From Octopus vulgaris (Eukaryota): a DNA stretch of 64,000 nt. The notes under the pieces were generated by a model, which worked only from the letters and a program-made list of their open reading frames with translations, was not told the DNA's origin and did no database searches. The stretch is from assembly GCA_951406725.2 (NCBI GenBank), contig OX597814.1, positions 110,856,001 through 110,920,000 of the forward strand, in the 5' to 3' direction. Made by a program: the position numbers and the translations under genes. Below are positions 22,781-36,926 of the stretch, piece by piece. Each line of letters starts with the position of its first letter. The first letter of the stretch is position 1.

Positions 22781-23720
22781 TGGTGGTGGTGTTTACAACA
22801 ATGGGGTTTGTGTTGTAGTAAACAGGAGTGTTTCTGTAGTAGTAAACCATGATGTGTGTATAACAGTGGTATTTTTGTAATCGCATGCAGTAGTGTTTCT
22901 GGTAGACATGCTGTTACGTTGCTCTGTTCATCTTCCCAGCATCAACTCTCTCTATTCTGTGTATTTTTTTTTATTTACTTATCAGGTAGTGTGTGTGTAT
23001 ATATACACACGCATGCTTGCACACACACAAAATCCTTTTGTAACTATGAGATAATACACAGAGCTTTGTATTTCTCTGGAACACATCAACCCTGTGCCAT
23101 CTCTCTCTCTCTCCCTCAAGCGTTCACCCTCTTATGTTGTCTTACCTGTATTTCTCAGGACTTCCTTCTTTCCCGTCTGCCATCTCAAGCAAGGCACTGT
23201 CCCAACTACCTTCATTACAATTTATAAAGTTATTTATCAATGTTATATTCATAATCTTTTTCTCATTTATTTGCTGATCAGAGCAACTAAATAAAGCACA
23301 TGTTTTGAAAAATTCAAAAAACCAAAATTTCCTTCAACAACATCCAGGCTGTATTCTTTAAATCTCATGATTTAAAGAATACAGTCTGGATATTGCTAAA
23401 GTTTGAGACATAATAACTGCAATGGTTTTTGCTTTTTTTTTCTGTCTTTTGTGTCTGATTTTGCAGACCATTTTAGACTTTCGTTTGGTATTGTTCTTAC
23501 TCATAAGCACTTGTCACTTTGTGTGTTGAGTGTATGGACAAACTCATTGACTACATAATTTATCAAGTTTGGCAATATTGTGTGGGGCAGATGAATTTCT
23601 ATGTTGCATTGGTGCTATGTCACAGCTTGTTTAGATTTATAGTTGCAAAATGGTTGCATTGACCAATATTTAAAGATTTGCAATAAACTATTAAACTGAG
23701 TTTATCTTTAAGTTCTATGC

Positions 23721-24170
23721 ATTCATCATCATCATCATCATCATTGTTTAACGTCTGTTTTCCATGCTGGCATGGGTTACACAGTTTGAGGTCTGGAGAG
23801 CCAGCAGCTGCACCAGGCTCCAATCTGATCTGGCAAGGTTTCTATGGTTGGATGCCCTTCCTAATGCCAACCACTCCTAGAGTGTAGTTGGTGCTTTTTA
23901 TATGCCACTAGCATGGGAGCCAGTCAGGCAGCACTGGCATCAGCCACATTTAGATGGTACTTCTTTCATGCCACTGGCACAGGAGCCAGTCGGAGTGAAG
24001 GGGCTGGCACCACCCACATTCGGATGGTGCTTATTGTGTGCCACCAGCACTGTTAACGGCCACAACTACAATTTCCATTTCATTTGATTTTGATTTACTT
24101 GGACTCAACAGGTCTCATCAAGCACAGCATGTTGCCCAACGATTCAAAGGTACTTTCTAAATGGGCTGAT
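23721..24170 (-). mobile_element. SINE family C
   Basis: Reverse-complement match to 22337-22780. Confidence 0.75.
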
Positions 24171-24749
24171 TAATTTTATTGATGTTTTAAGTATTTTCAT
24201 CTGTTTTATATTGTGTGGTGATACTGAAAGCCAAACAATATGATTGCTGTTTTTAAATTTACATGTTTACCATCTTAAATCTATGCAAGAACATTCATAG
24301 AGCATTCTTAGATCCCAGCCATTGTTAACATTATCATCATCTTTAGTGTTCATTTTTTTATTCTATTTGTCACTTGTCAGAAAAGTTTGCTGAACTGCTC
24401 CTGTCAAAGTCATTTTGTGAATGGAACCAAAATAGTTCCATCTTAAGCTACTTCCTTCCCAGTTTTCTTTGGTCTGTCTCTTGCATGTTTCAATCACACT
24501 GTCAAATCACTGCACGATTGAGTGTAGTCAAATGTAAGATTTCTGAAAGCCAATTTGTGCCAAATATATTGCGATTATCTTAGATGGAGCTTGAACGAAA
24601 GAATACTTGAAAACTGGAAATGTTCACCTGTATGTAGGATCTTTAGATGAAAATAACAGGCTATTTTGGGTTTATATAAGACCTGTTGTTCTAATTTTCA
24701 GAGATGACAATCATTGGTTGTTTCTTTTGAAACTGTTTAAGATTATATA

Positions 24750-25285
24750 CGACTTTCAGTCGTTGGACTACGGTCATGCTGGGGCATCACTTAGAAGAGT
24801 TTAATCAAACTAATTGACCCAACATTTACTTCTTAAGTTTAGTATTTATTCTGTTGGTCTCTTTTGCTGAATAACTAACTTATGGGGATGTTTGTTTCAG
24901 TCATTAGACTGTGGCCATGCTAGAGCACCACCTTGGAAAATTCTAATCGAACAAATTGCCCTCAATACTTTTTTTTTTAACCTTTTTTAAGCTTGATATT
25001 TATTCTGTCGATCCCTTTTGCAGAACCGTTGTTATGGGGATCTATTTATATACCAATACCAGTTGTCAAGCAGCAGTGGGGGACAAACACACACACACAC
25101 ACACACACACACGTACATATTATATATACAACAGGCTTCTTTCAGTTTCCATCTACCAAATCCACTCAAGTCTTTGGTCAGCACAGGGCTATAGTAGAAG
25201 ACACTTGGTCAAGGTGCCATGCAGTGGGACTGAACCTGGAGCCATGTGGTTGGGAAGAAACTTCTTAGCACACAGCCACACCTGT
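24750..25285 (-). mobile_element. SINE family A (with extra tail fragment)
   Basis: Reverse complement of the family A head and body. Confidence 0.75.
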
Positions 25286-25803
25286 AGATATAAAATAGTA
25301 ACAGTTAAAAAGTGTGTGCTTGCACACACACACACATGAGTGCATACAGATGCACATGCATATATGTGCACAAACACATACACAACATGCAAACGCACAC
25401 AAGCAGGTAGGCAGGTGGCACAGTACACCTAAGGGTAAATGCATGTACATAGAGGTGCAGGCATTTTAATTGGATCAGCCTAGAGGAAAGGGCTGTGATT
25501 ATGGTCTTTGCAGGTTTTCTCTCTCTCTCTCTCACACACACACAAAAATATGTATGCACGCACACATAAACATAAACGCATATCAGTTAATCAACCAGCC
25601 ATTCCTTTCACATATATGTTGCACAGTTAGTTTTAGGTGTTTCTCATTATAATTGTAACAATTAAAAACAGTAATTAGCCAAGTTCTTAATTTCCTTTCT
25701 TTAATCTACAGAAAATTTAAACTCACTTTTGGGCTTGTCACATCAAAAATATTGTGTGTATATGTATGCTTGTGTGTGTGTGATACAACCATGCCTGTGC
25801 ACA

Positions 25804-26003
25804 TATATATTAAACAAAATGAGACAACAAGGCCAAGACTGGGGGGAAGTTTTAGGACATTCATAAAGACGAAGTTAATCTTACAGCTGTTTCTGGGATA
25901 TCCCTAATATCCTAGAAATTGCTGTAAGACTAACTTTCTCTTTATGAATGTCTAAAAATTCCACACAGCCTTGGCTTTGTTGTCTCATTTTATTTAATAT
26001 ATA
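25804..26003. repeat. ~200-bp imperfect palindrome, probably Penelope pLTR-derived
   Basis: The arms pair across the whole length. The minus strand carries GAAAC-AGCT-GTA, the 3' half of a minimal hammerhead. Confidence 0.7.
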
Positions 26004-26131
26004 CATATTCACACAAGGCCCACATTAGACTCCTCATTCATATTATTATTATTATCAAACCGAGAGTCTAACTATAGCCCTTCTGTAGCACTTACATCGC
26101 CTTACCTGTCATCTTGGGTCTTCTGGATACC

Positions 26132-26177
<46 letters not shown>

Positions 26178-26185
26178 TCATCTCT

Positions 26186-26240
<55 letters not shown>

Positions 26241-26243
<3 letters not shown>

Positions 26244-26657
26244 CGCAGGCATGGCTTGTGATACAAAGTTTGCTTCTCAACCACATAGTTCCGGGGTTCA
26301 GTCCCACTGCATGGTACCTTGGGCAAGTGTCTTCTACTATAGCTTCAGGCCAACCAAAGCCTTGTAAGTAAATATGGCAGGCAGAAACTGAAAGAAGCGT
26401 GTGTGTATATATATCAAATGAATGTCTTATAAAACTATTCTGCATGTTGTTGTATCTGTGTTTGTCCCCTACCATCGTTTGACAATTGGTGTTTACATCC
26501 CTGTAACTTAGCAGTTTGGTAAAAGAACTGATAGAATAAGTGGCAGGCTTAAGAAAATGTAAATACTGAAGCCAATTCATTTGACTAAAATTCTTCAACA
26601 TGGTACCCCCAGCATAGCCGCAATCTAATGATTGAAACAAGTAAAAGATAAAAGATT
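26241..26657 (+). mobile_element. SINE family A
   Basis: Full head-to-tail match to family A. Confidence 0.8.
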
Positions 26658-28456
26658 TATAAAATGTATGTTTTTGTATGTGTGCAAAATTTACATTTTG
26701 TTTCTTTTGAAACACCTCCAAAGCATTTGCGTTCACATTGTGTTTCTTATTCTTTTATTTGGAAAAAAATAAGAAGAGATATTTTGAAGTAAAGTTAATC
26801 AAGTCTTTGATAGCAGAATGTATGTTCATGCATTGGTGTGTTTGTGTGTATGGTGCCTGCATGTGTCTGCTTGCTTGCTTGCATGTGTATGTGTGTGTGT
26901 GTGCGCAGACAGGATTGGTACAAGTAGATAATGAAACAGAAGGATGGTAATTATTTGAAGGAAGCTATTAGAAGACATATTATATTAAGATAATAAAGCA
27001 GAGGAAAAGTGTGATATTATTATGATGAAGTGATGTTATGTGTTGGCAAGTGTTTGGTGAAGAAAAACCTGCCAAATTGTACCGGAAAACATTGGCAAAC
27101 CATTGGCTACAATAATAATTAACTCGGTAGTAGTAGCTCTGCTTATGATTCAAAAGTTAGTTTTTCCTGAAGTATTCTGAGAAATAAACATTATTAGACA
27201 AAAATCACGAACAAATACTGAATTTTTTTTCCTCTTCTTTATTTCTCCTCCCCCTCCTGATCCAGTGTCTGTATTCTCTCTTATGTTCACCTTGTTTTAT
27301 GTTAAGAGCTACTCTGACACCTTATCACCACCACCCTTTTATTTTGTTTCCAGCTATTCCCACCCACCCTTATATAATGTGGTTAGCCTAGCCACGTAGC
27401 TCTTCTAAAGAAAGTATAGCTAGACACCTGTGGATATTCCTCCATCATATTTTAGCCTTTCAGTACCTGGCATAAAGCCACCACGCCCCCCCCCTCTCTC
27501 AAATGCACTCCCACCCACTCAGTCAAGAGAGCATTTTTCTTTTCTTGCCTTGCAAGTTACTTGGCAATCTCACTAGTACCGGTGTCATGAAAATGCACAT
27601 ACTGCACACTGCAAAGAGGTTGGCAGCTTGCGACGGTGCCACGTAAAAAGCACCGAGTACACTCTGTAAAGTGGTTGGTGTTGGGGATGGTGTCCAGCTG
27701 TAGAAACCATACCAAGAGACAATGGAACCTAGGGCAGCACCTGGCCTTGCCAGCTCCTGTCTACATGGAAAATGGATGTATATCGCTCATGGTCTGTGTG
27801 TGTGTGTATGTAAGGAATTTCATTAGGGTGCAGTTGAAAAACCCTCACAAAGCATCAACAGTAGCAGTCTAGAAAAAAGCTTTGCATCTGTGCATGAGAT
27901 GGAAAAACTAGAACTTATTTTATTGAGACATAACTTGTCCCAAATATTCCAGAAATCTGTCCTAATCTGAAAACCTGTCCTTTTAGGGAAGACTTGCTCT
28001 GAAATGGAATAACAAAAACCAAATAAAAATTGAAATGAAGGCACTCTTGTGAAAATTGCCTGGCAATTATGAGATGCTTAGCTGGAACACACACACTGTC
28101 CCACGTGTGTGTGTAAAGATGACCTTATAATGAACCATTGAACTTGCCTCATAGTGTACGATTAATTTAAAATTTTATAATACATTAGATTCCCAACCTA
28201 GAAATGGTACAGGAAAACGGTGGATCCATAGGTTAGCGCTGATTAAAATATATAACTTTGAGTATTCTAAATTAATTCTAGCGTGAAGGAAAGAGTAGGT
28301 AGGGAGAAGGAGGAAGAATAAATCGTTAAATGAAATACACACAACAGGGAGCAGCTTGTTAAAGTTAATGAATGTGTAAAATAATTAAGAAATGTTGTAT
28401 TGTCAGTTACAGGTGTGTCAATGACATCTTGGGTACAATGTAATTTATCATCATTA

Positions 28457-28985
28457 AGGCAGTGAGCAGGTAGAATTGTTAACATGTCGGGCTTAGTAGT
28501 ATTTCGTCCATTCTTTACACTCATCATCATCATCATCATCATCATAGTTCAAATTTGGCCAAGATTGACTTAGCCTTTCATCCTTTCAGGCTTGATAAAG
28601 TAAGTATGAGTTGAACATTGGGATTGATATAATTGACTTGCTCCCCCCACTAAAATTGCCGGCCTTGTACCAAAATTTGAAATTATTGGTGCCCCAGCAT
28701 GGCCGTGGCCTTCGGGCTAAAACATTTTAAAGGATTTTTTAAGGATCGTTAAGGCGACCAGTTGGCAGGATTATTAGCACACTGGGCGAAATGCTTAGCG
28801 GTGTTTCATCTGTCTTTACATTTCTGAGTTCAAATTCGGCCAAGGTCGACTTTGCCTTTCATCCTTTCAGGGTCAATAAATTAAGTACCAGTTGTGTACT
28901 GGGGTCAATCTAATCGACTAGCCCCCTCCCCCAAGGTTTCGAACTTTGTGCCTAGAGTAGAAAAGATTTTTATTATTATTATTGA
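28457..28985 (+). mobile_element. Two family-B-related SINEs
   Basis: Nin-like core twice, with an (ATT)n tail. Confidence 0.75.
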
Positions 28986-29893
28986 GGGACTTAGAGCAAG
29001 AATCCAATTCACATTCGAATCTGCCCGGATCATATAAAGAATGAATAGATATGTTATCATTTAGATTCTTGCTGCTCTGCATGCATCTCCTATCAGCATA
29101 CACCAACAAATCATGTGTTTGCTGACTTCTGTAAACAAGAGTCAGTACTTTTGTTAGATTCATTGACCTGGGAGGGTAACTTTGACCGAAGAAACACAAT
29201 AACGTCAAGACACCACAGTATCTCAAAGTTTTATTACGTCAATGGAACCCATTACATCAATGACACATTGTCTAAAAGGAGATGTTCTCTGATGATGAAA
29301 AACAACAGTGACTAGATGTTCACATTTGAATCTGCCAGAAATGTATTGAGAACGAAAAAAAATTTATATTTCTCATATATTCTGCAAGGAGTTCCACTGC
29401 ATATTAACATAAACTGAAATGTTTACCCTTCTCCACCTCATCACCCTCGCATTCTCCTCCACATCTCCCCCCTCTCTCTCCCTCTCTCTGGTATAAGTTG
29501 ATTACACACTCACTGAGAACTGCTCTACTTCATTGATATTATCAGATCTTATAACAGGTCAGTAGAGTGCCAGGAACAGTAGAGTACCACAAACTGGTGC
29601 TGTTATCTTTGTTAACTAAACAAACAAGATTCAACTGAAAGAATCAGTCAGTGTGTCTGCTGCCAGGTATTAAAAACAACTGATTGAATCAAATACCAGA
29701 TTTTAGTGGGGGGTGTTCAGTTTTGTTGTTGGTGATGATGATGATGATGATTATGTTGTTATTGGAGGTTATCCTATTGATAAATCTGAACAGGATATTG
29801 GTATTGATAATCTAAATATTCTGGTTAACTTCATAACAATATCGATAGCTGTAATATCAGTGGTTCTTTGCCTTTTATAGTTCAGCAGCCCCC

Positions 29894-30124
29894 TTAACCC
29901 TTTCGTTACTGTATTTCTGTTGAGATGCTCTGTGTTTCTTTCAATTAATTTTAAATATTACAAAGAATTTAGTAAAATAACTTAGTTATCATTAAGCTAG
30001 TGTTAGGAACATAAATTGTGACTAAGGTTTGGTGGAAGATTTTTTATTAAGAACTTATGAAAACAAGACATTTGTACTACAGTGTCAGAGGCGGTTTCAG
30101 CCAGGTTGGTAATGAAAGGGTTAA
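29894..30124. mobile_element. piggyBac-type MITE
   Basis: TTAA TSD and CCCTTTC TIR; same family as 13343-13566. Confidence 0.85.
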
Positions 30125-30589
30125 TGGAATGACATTTTACAAACACCTCCTTCACAAATATTACAAAAATGTTGTGCAATGTTATTGTAATTCATTGAAC
30201 AGGTGCCTCTTCTCAGATATTTGCATAGATTCATCAAGCCTTTGTGTTAAAGTTTTATTGAAATTATACTAGAACTTGGCATATCATCTGTCATGATATG
30301 CCTAATGTCTGAATCCTGACAAAATTGTTTTGAAAAATCAGAAAAACAATCAAAAGTATTGTACCTGGTTCAAATATTTTATTTCTAATAAAAATCATGA
30401 CTCCCTCTAAGCACACAGTGCCTCTGACATCTCTATCAAGGGAGTGATACCAGCCAGGTAAAGAACCTTTGTTTTACACATCCTTAACTCTTTCGGCCCC
30501 ACTGGTACATATTTGTACCAGTCAAGAATTTTACAACCTATGTGATGCAGTATAGTACCACTCTGTTTTTTCTGGTAAGATGCTTGTGT

Positions 30590-30900
30590 AGTATACTTAA
30601 AATTAGATGGCCTGAACACATAAGCAATATGGAGCTATGGCAAAGAACAAATGAAGTTTCGATTAGGGAGCAAATATCACACCAAATGTAGTGAAAAGTG
30701 CTTTCCAGTGGAATCCAGATGGATATAGAAGGAGAGGTAAGCCTAAGAACTTGTGGCAGAGATCAACACAAAAGGAACTAGAGAAAGGGGGACATTCATG
30801 GCAGAGTATAAGTACAGAAGCCAAAAATTATGCGACGTGGAATTCAACAATATGTGGCCTATACTCTGCGTTGGAGGGTTAAAGGCATAAAGAAAGAAGA
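30590..30900 (+). pseudogene. 3' end of an RTE-clade LINE
   Basis: IRWPEHISNMELWQRT ... FQWNPDGYRRRGKPKNLW ... W..I...AKN...W, then a short AAAG tail. Confidence 0.75.
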
Positions 30901-31734
30901 TGTAGCGTCAGACATATGATTAGTGTGTATCACATTAAAATGGCAGCTGAAAAAGCTTGCATGATTACAAAAACCCTGTGCCATTACCGACTTGAGAAAA
31001 AATTCCAGGTTGAAAGGGTTAAACTGAATATTCTATGGTCATTGAGAAGAACTCTGTATTGTAGTAAAATTATAATGAAACCACAGAGCAGTGTACAGGT
31101 TTGTTGTTAAATTTAGATTTATGATTAAATTTAGATTTAGGTTTAAAATATCTGTGAACTAGGTGTAAATAAATAAACCAAATATTGAAACTAATAATGT
31201 TGGTGGAGCCTCTTGACAACTTTCTAATATCACATTTCTTTAGTTTTTTTTTAATAAAAATATTATAACAAAACCTTCATCTCTCAGCAACTGAGCCGTT
31301 ACATACACCTCACTACCTCCCTCATCTCTCCTCCATCTCTCTCTAATCTATGTGATAAGCCACATTCTTTTTGCTTCTTTTTATTCATGTCTACCTAACT
31401 ACCTAACTACCAAGGTCCTCCCCTATTCTTAGAAATCTTGTGTACAGAGTAACCTCTGAAATTTTTGCTCTCCAACCTAACTGGGTCTCATTTAGTGTAA
31501 AATATTGTACAAGCTCTTTGTATGTTTCTTGGCCGGTATCCTGAGGGAGACTACCTGGTGGTATTGATTTGGCAGTGAATTATGTCTGTGTGCTCTATGA
31601 TGTGTTTTGTAAATATTAAATCTATCCACCAGAGAATTTGTTCTTGATGTTGGCTGATAGATGAGTGGTTTCTTCGACTAAAATAGATGAATGGTTTGAT
31701 TAACCGATTGATGGACGATCTGTTTGTGATCCTA

Positions 31735-32125
31735 GTCGTTGTTGTCGTGGTACTCCATCGGTTACGACAATGAGGGTTCCAGTTGATCTGATCAACAGAA
31801 CAGCCTGCTCGTGAAATTAACGTGCAAGTGGCTGAGCACTCCACAGACATGTGTACCCTTAACCATAGTTCTCGGGGAGATTCAGCATGACACAAAGTGG
31901 TGACAAGGCTGGCCCTTTGAAATAAACGTACAACAGAAACAGGAAGAAAGTGAGAGAGAGAGTTGTGGTGAATGAGTACTGCAGGGTTTCCCCCCACTGC
32001 CGGAACCTCGTGGAGCTTTAGGTGATTTTGCTCAATAAACACTTGCAGCACCCAGTCTGGGAATCAAAACCATGATACTACGACTGCAAGTCTGCTGCCC
32101 TAACCACTGGGCCATTGTGCCTCCT
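31735..32125 (-). mobile_element. tRNA-derived SINE (Arg-like head)
   Basis: Minus strand has TGGCCCAGTGGTTAGGGCAGCAGAC...GGTTTTGATTCCC and an (ACA)n tail. Confidence 0.75.
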
Positions 32126-32283
32126 CTTGTGAATCTATAGGTTATATTGGGTACATTAATTGAAATTTCTATTGTCTTCTTTCCTGCATATTGATCTTGG
32201 CCACTTCCCACAGGGCAGTAGGGTCTCGTTTTCTTTCCTTAGAAGCTTCTTGATTCCAAGTTTTGCTTCCACACCTTGTCTCT

Positions 32284-32514
32284 TTAACCCTTTTGTTGCC
32301 ATATTTCTGTTGAGATGCTCTGTGTTTCTTTCAATTAATTTTAAATATAACAAAGAATTTAGTAAAATAAGCTTAGTTATCATTAAGCTAATGTTAGGAA
32401 CATAAATTGTGACTAAGGTTTGGTGGAAGATTTTAATTCAGAACTTTTGAAAACAAGACATTTGTACTACAGAGCCAGAGGCGGTTTCAGGTGGGTTGGT
32501 ATCAACAGGGTTAA
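32284..32514. mobile_element. piggyBac-type MITE
   Basis: TTAA TSD and CCC-terminal TIR. Confidence 0.85.
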
Positions 32515-33089
32515 TGATTGAGCAGAAAAATAACTAAAAACAGCTTTGTTTATTCAAAATGCTTATATTGTATCTAGTTGTCAGAGCATAGTGAAAAATG
32601 GCAGTGATGCAGAAAAGTCTTTTTCTTTAAACTTCGGCAGTCATTTATTCTAAATATAGAGTTGTGCATGTGTGGTTATTAACTAATTACATAATAATAA
32701 TGAAAAAAAAAAAAAAGCCAGATACACTCCAGAAAGATGTAAAGAAAGATGATAGTGACAAATGAAATGCAATTAGTAACAGACATACAAACATCACACA
32801 TGCAAAATGTTCTTCCTTGATTTTTTTGCAGTTGTTCTATTATGAATTTTACAGGCAAGCTGAGTTACTCCCTTCAGGAATAATTCCCAAAATAAATCAG
32901 CAAAAATCAGTAACACATTGTATCAATTTTAATAGCAAATGTCACAGAATATAAATGGAATGATAGAAGCAAAGGATTACAGCTTTCTCCTTTCGATTAG
33001 GAAGTTCGTTACTTCCTTTGAAGCAAACATAAGCAAGAATGGTTTGGGGTTTTACAGGGATATTAAGAGATAAATCTTAGACACCTTCA

Positions 33090-33400
33090 TCTATTAGAAG
33101 TAGATTACTGGTATACAAGAGTTCCAAAGGATAGCCCTTCTAAGCTGGAGAGAAAATAGGGGTATCAGGATGGAATTTTGAGGGATGCCAACCTGCAAAC
33201 AATATTCCTTGCAGAACTTGTTACTCCCAACTTTCTGACGGCATTTCTGTACATAGTTTGCAAGGTTCTTGAGAGTCATTCATTAACTCATAATCTATTT
33301 AGTGACCACTAGAACATGGTGATCACTAACAACATGGTACCCTGTCAAAGGCCATCTTGGTCAATGAATGCTAGCTATAGGGGTTTGGTTTTAGTTTGAC
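33090..33400 (-). pseudogene. Decayed RTE-clade RT fragment
   Basis: LAFID/AFDRVP and LQVGIPQNSILIPLF (cf. VGVHQGSVLSPLLF) remnants. Confidence 0.55.
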
Positions 33401-34724
33401 ACTTTGACTTGCACCAGTTTAACCAGGCCATGGTATCAAATCTCACTGTCCTCAGAGGGCCTGTGAAGGTAGCAAGTACTTCTCCTTCTAGTAATATGTA
33501 TATGTATATCATCATCATTTAATGTCCACTTTTCCATGCTTGCATGGGTTAGATGGAATTTGTTGAGGCAGATTTTCCCTACGTAAGCTAGAGACAAACT
33601 TAGAGAAGTGAGAAAAATCGACACTTTCAGAGGGCTGAGAGAAAGAATGAGCATCTATGGAACATGATTATCGTTTACAGTAGCTGTTGGTAGTTATTAG
33701 AGTATAATAATGGTAGTGATAGTAAGTTATGGTACTGGCGCTCTTGGTAACTATAATGGTGTTTATGATAATTCTTTGGCTGCCAGCAGCTGTTACTGAC
33801 TGTCTTCCAACTATATTTATACTATTTCAAGTACCACGTACAGTCGGTATTTCCTATTTGCTGGTTGGTTTCACTGTAAAAGATGGTCCTGTTCTGTCTG
33901 TGAGTCAAATAAGATTTTTATATCTTTCTAATTAATTTACTTGGGTTGTTCTTTTATTATTTTAACATGGTAAATATCAATACCATGAAAAACTATACTT
34001 TATCAACAGCAGATGTATTTGGCAACTCAATACTTGAACTTAATGCTGTCTTTTTTTTTTGTTTTTTGTCTGTCTGTTTGTCTTGATCATTTTCACATAT
34101 CTTTATGTAATATACTTGCAGACACCTAAAAGGGAATGTAAGCAATTTCCTATAAAGATATAGAAATAAAACACTAATTTTTACCTTTTATTTTGTGTGT
34201 GTGTGCATGCATTTTTTTTTACATGAATGTTAGAAATTATACGTAAGTACATATTGCTATCATCATCATCATCACCACCATCACTATGATACTCATCATC
34301 ATTAACCACTGAGTAAAAGCCATACTAAAAACTAGACAAGAATTCAAACATGGAATCCCATAAAAAAATGTTACTCTTTGCTGCACACTTTTCCAAGATT
34401 GTGAAATACCTAAGGGTAGAGATGGGTGAGTGGGTGGCAATATTCTCTCTCTCACACATCACCCAATAAATTTTTCTCAATGAATGATTCCTACTTTCAG
34501 CAAAGGTGTGAACTAACTTTTGCTACCTAAAGACTAACCCAATTCTATTTTTGTTTTTCCCCATTCCCCACCTCATTAACGAAATACTTAAGATAACATT
34601 TAAGAAAAAGAAACATACGAAGCAAGTGTTTGAACAATTCTTCTTTTCTAGAAACTATATGTTGCTCTATAGAACAGCAGATTTTATAACATCTTTGCCT
34701 TAATCAAAACTCATTCATGAGAAC

Positions 34725-35060
34725 ATTTTACTTTTTTATTTTTTTTTTATTTTTATTTACTTGCTGGTTCTGGGAGAAACGGCAATGTCCATGGCCCTCA
34801 CAGGCCTTTTTAGAACAGTGAGATTCATGCTATTAATGTCCATCTTTAATCTTTGAAAGTTCAACACGTTCTCGAAAGGCATAAAGAAGGAGGAAGTTCC
34901 AGAAGAGCAACATTCTGGGAGGGAAGGACTGGGTATCGGGATTAGTGCAGGACTTTTGTGAGGTTGGATGCAGAGACATAAGGGTGATGAGCAAGGGAGA
35001 GACAAGTAGATCTGGATTGCTTGAGTCGGGTGGTATGAGTCTAACTTTATTCATTGCATC
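34725..35060 (-). pseudogene. Decayed 3' end of a CR1/Jockey-group LINE with A-rich tail
   Basis: TQSFPPRMLLFWN...FQRLKMDINSMNL across frames, followed by AATAAAAATAAAAAAAAAAAT. Confidence 0.55.
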
Positions 35061-35439
35061 ACATGCTGACAATATTGTCATCAAAGTTACACAGAATAAT
35101 CCAGGATAATGCTACATGAATTTGTGTATTCATAATCCAGATATTTAGTTACTTACCAAACAAATCCATTGCTAGATTCTGTCAAAATAATAATAGTGAA
35201 CATCTCAAGTTGTTGACTCTTAATTCTGTTGAAATATTCTACCTTCGCCTCAGCAGATATTGAAAAATAATGTCTCCTGGGGCTAAATTACATTCATCCT
35301 AAACCAGGACTGCCATGTTATGTTAGCAAACAATCTTTACTCCAAAGTACTGTTGCTGAATATCTCTTGTTGTGAGTGTAATAATATCATTAATAATAAT
35401 AATTATCATTATTATTATTTCAAATGTTTTTCCACTAGG

Positions 35440-35885
35440 GTAGCTTGGTGGAGGTGGGGATGAGTTGATTACATCGACCCCAGTGTTCAACTGGTACTTA
35501 TTTTATCGACCCTGAAAGGTAAAGTTGACCTCAGCAGAATTTTTTGAACACAGAATGTGGCGATGGGCGAAATACTGCTAAGCATTTTGTCCAGCGCATT
35601 AACGATTCTGCCAGCTCACCACCTTAATAATGATAATGATAATAATGGTAATAATAAGGATAATAATAATAATAATAATAATAATAATATCGGTTTCAAA
35701 TTTTGGCACAAGTCCAGCAGTTTTGGGGAAGGGGCTTAGTCAATTACATCAACACCACTGCTAGTACTTATTTATCGGCCCCAAAGTTGACCTTGGTGGC
35801 ATTTGAACCCAGAACATTGATGGATGAAATGCCACTAAGCATTTTGCCCAACGTGGTAATGATCCTGCCAGCTCTCTGCCTTGAT
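35440..35885 (-). mobile_element. Two family-B-related SINEs separated by (AAT)n
   Basis: Same units as the 14630-15680 array. Confidence 0.7.
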
Positions 35886-36253
35886 CTTTAATAATAACAT
35901 TCTTAGTACCCTGTACTTATTGGTTTTCTATAATCTTTAAGGATATTTTTCTTGGGCTCTGAGAATTTGCTGGTCCTTAAATAGTTATTGACACTGCTTT
36001 AATGTGCCTGATATGTCAAAATATTCAGGTACACTATCAATTTTTGATATCCTTGGGTCCAAATCTGGTCCGGTGTTGAGGGGCATGCACTGTTGCAGTA
36101 TGTTGCTGTATTCATCATTTGTTGGTCTGTTCCTGAGTCCCATCCCCAGTCAGTCCCCTTCTCTATGAGATATCTCTTCATCTGCTGTGACCATGTGGCA
36201 TGTGGTCAACAAAGAGGGGAAGAAGAAGAAAGTTCCAGACCCATGCTAGGCTA

Positions 36254-36926
36254 TACAGTTCTATATTTAAGAGTTGAGGAATTATGTACATTATTTACAT
36301 TATTTACATTTGACAGGTACTGACCTGAATAATAATAATAATTATAATAATAATAATGATATTAACATTGAAAAATACCTTAGGAATGAGAACCCAGGTT
36401 TGAAATTTCCCCAAGACACATCATGAAGGCTGGAGGGTATATCAGCTGAAATGTTGTGTTAACAACAAACAAGATGACAAATATCCATCATCATCATTTA
36501 ACGTCTGTTTTCCATGCTAGCATAGGTTGGATGGTTTGACTGGGGTCTGGGAAGCCAGAAGGCTGCACCAGGCTCCAGTCTGATCTGGCAGTGTTTCTAT
36601 AACTGGATGCCCTTCCTAACGCCAACCACTCCGTGAGTGTAGTGGGTGCTTTTTATGTGCCACCGGCACAGGGGCCAGGGGAAGGTGGCAACGGCCACGA
36701 TCGGTTGGTGCTTTTTTACGTGCCACTGGCATCAGCCACATTTGGATGGTGCTTTTTACGTGCCACCGGCACAGGTATCACAACTACAATTTCCATTTGA
36801 TTTTTATTTTGATGTTGATGTACTTGACTCAATAGATCTCCTCAAGCACAGCAGGTCGCCCTACGATCCAAGGTAAGCACAACAGGCCATCCTGCGATCC
36901 AAGGTCCATCAAATGTAAATAATGTA
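36254..36926. mobile_element. Second copy of the fold-back hammerhead retroposon, with a family C SINE (~36487-36905) inserted
   Basis: Same arms and TGACCTG(AAT)n junction as 3226-3651. Flanking repeat CCATGCTAGG(C/T)TA at 36241-36253 and 36927-36939. TCCATCA is duplicated around the inner SINE. Confidence 0.75.

Noticed and set aside
29490-29710. Possible alternative first exon or promoter after a CT tract
   Set aside because: No evidence beyond unique sequence and a weak donor-like site.
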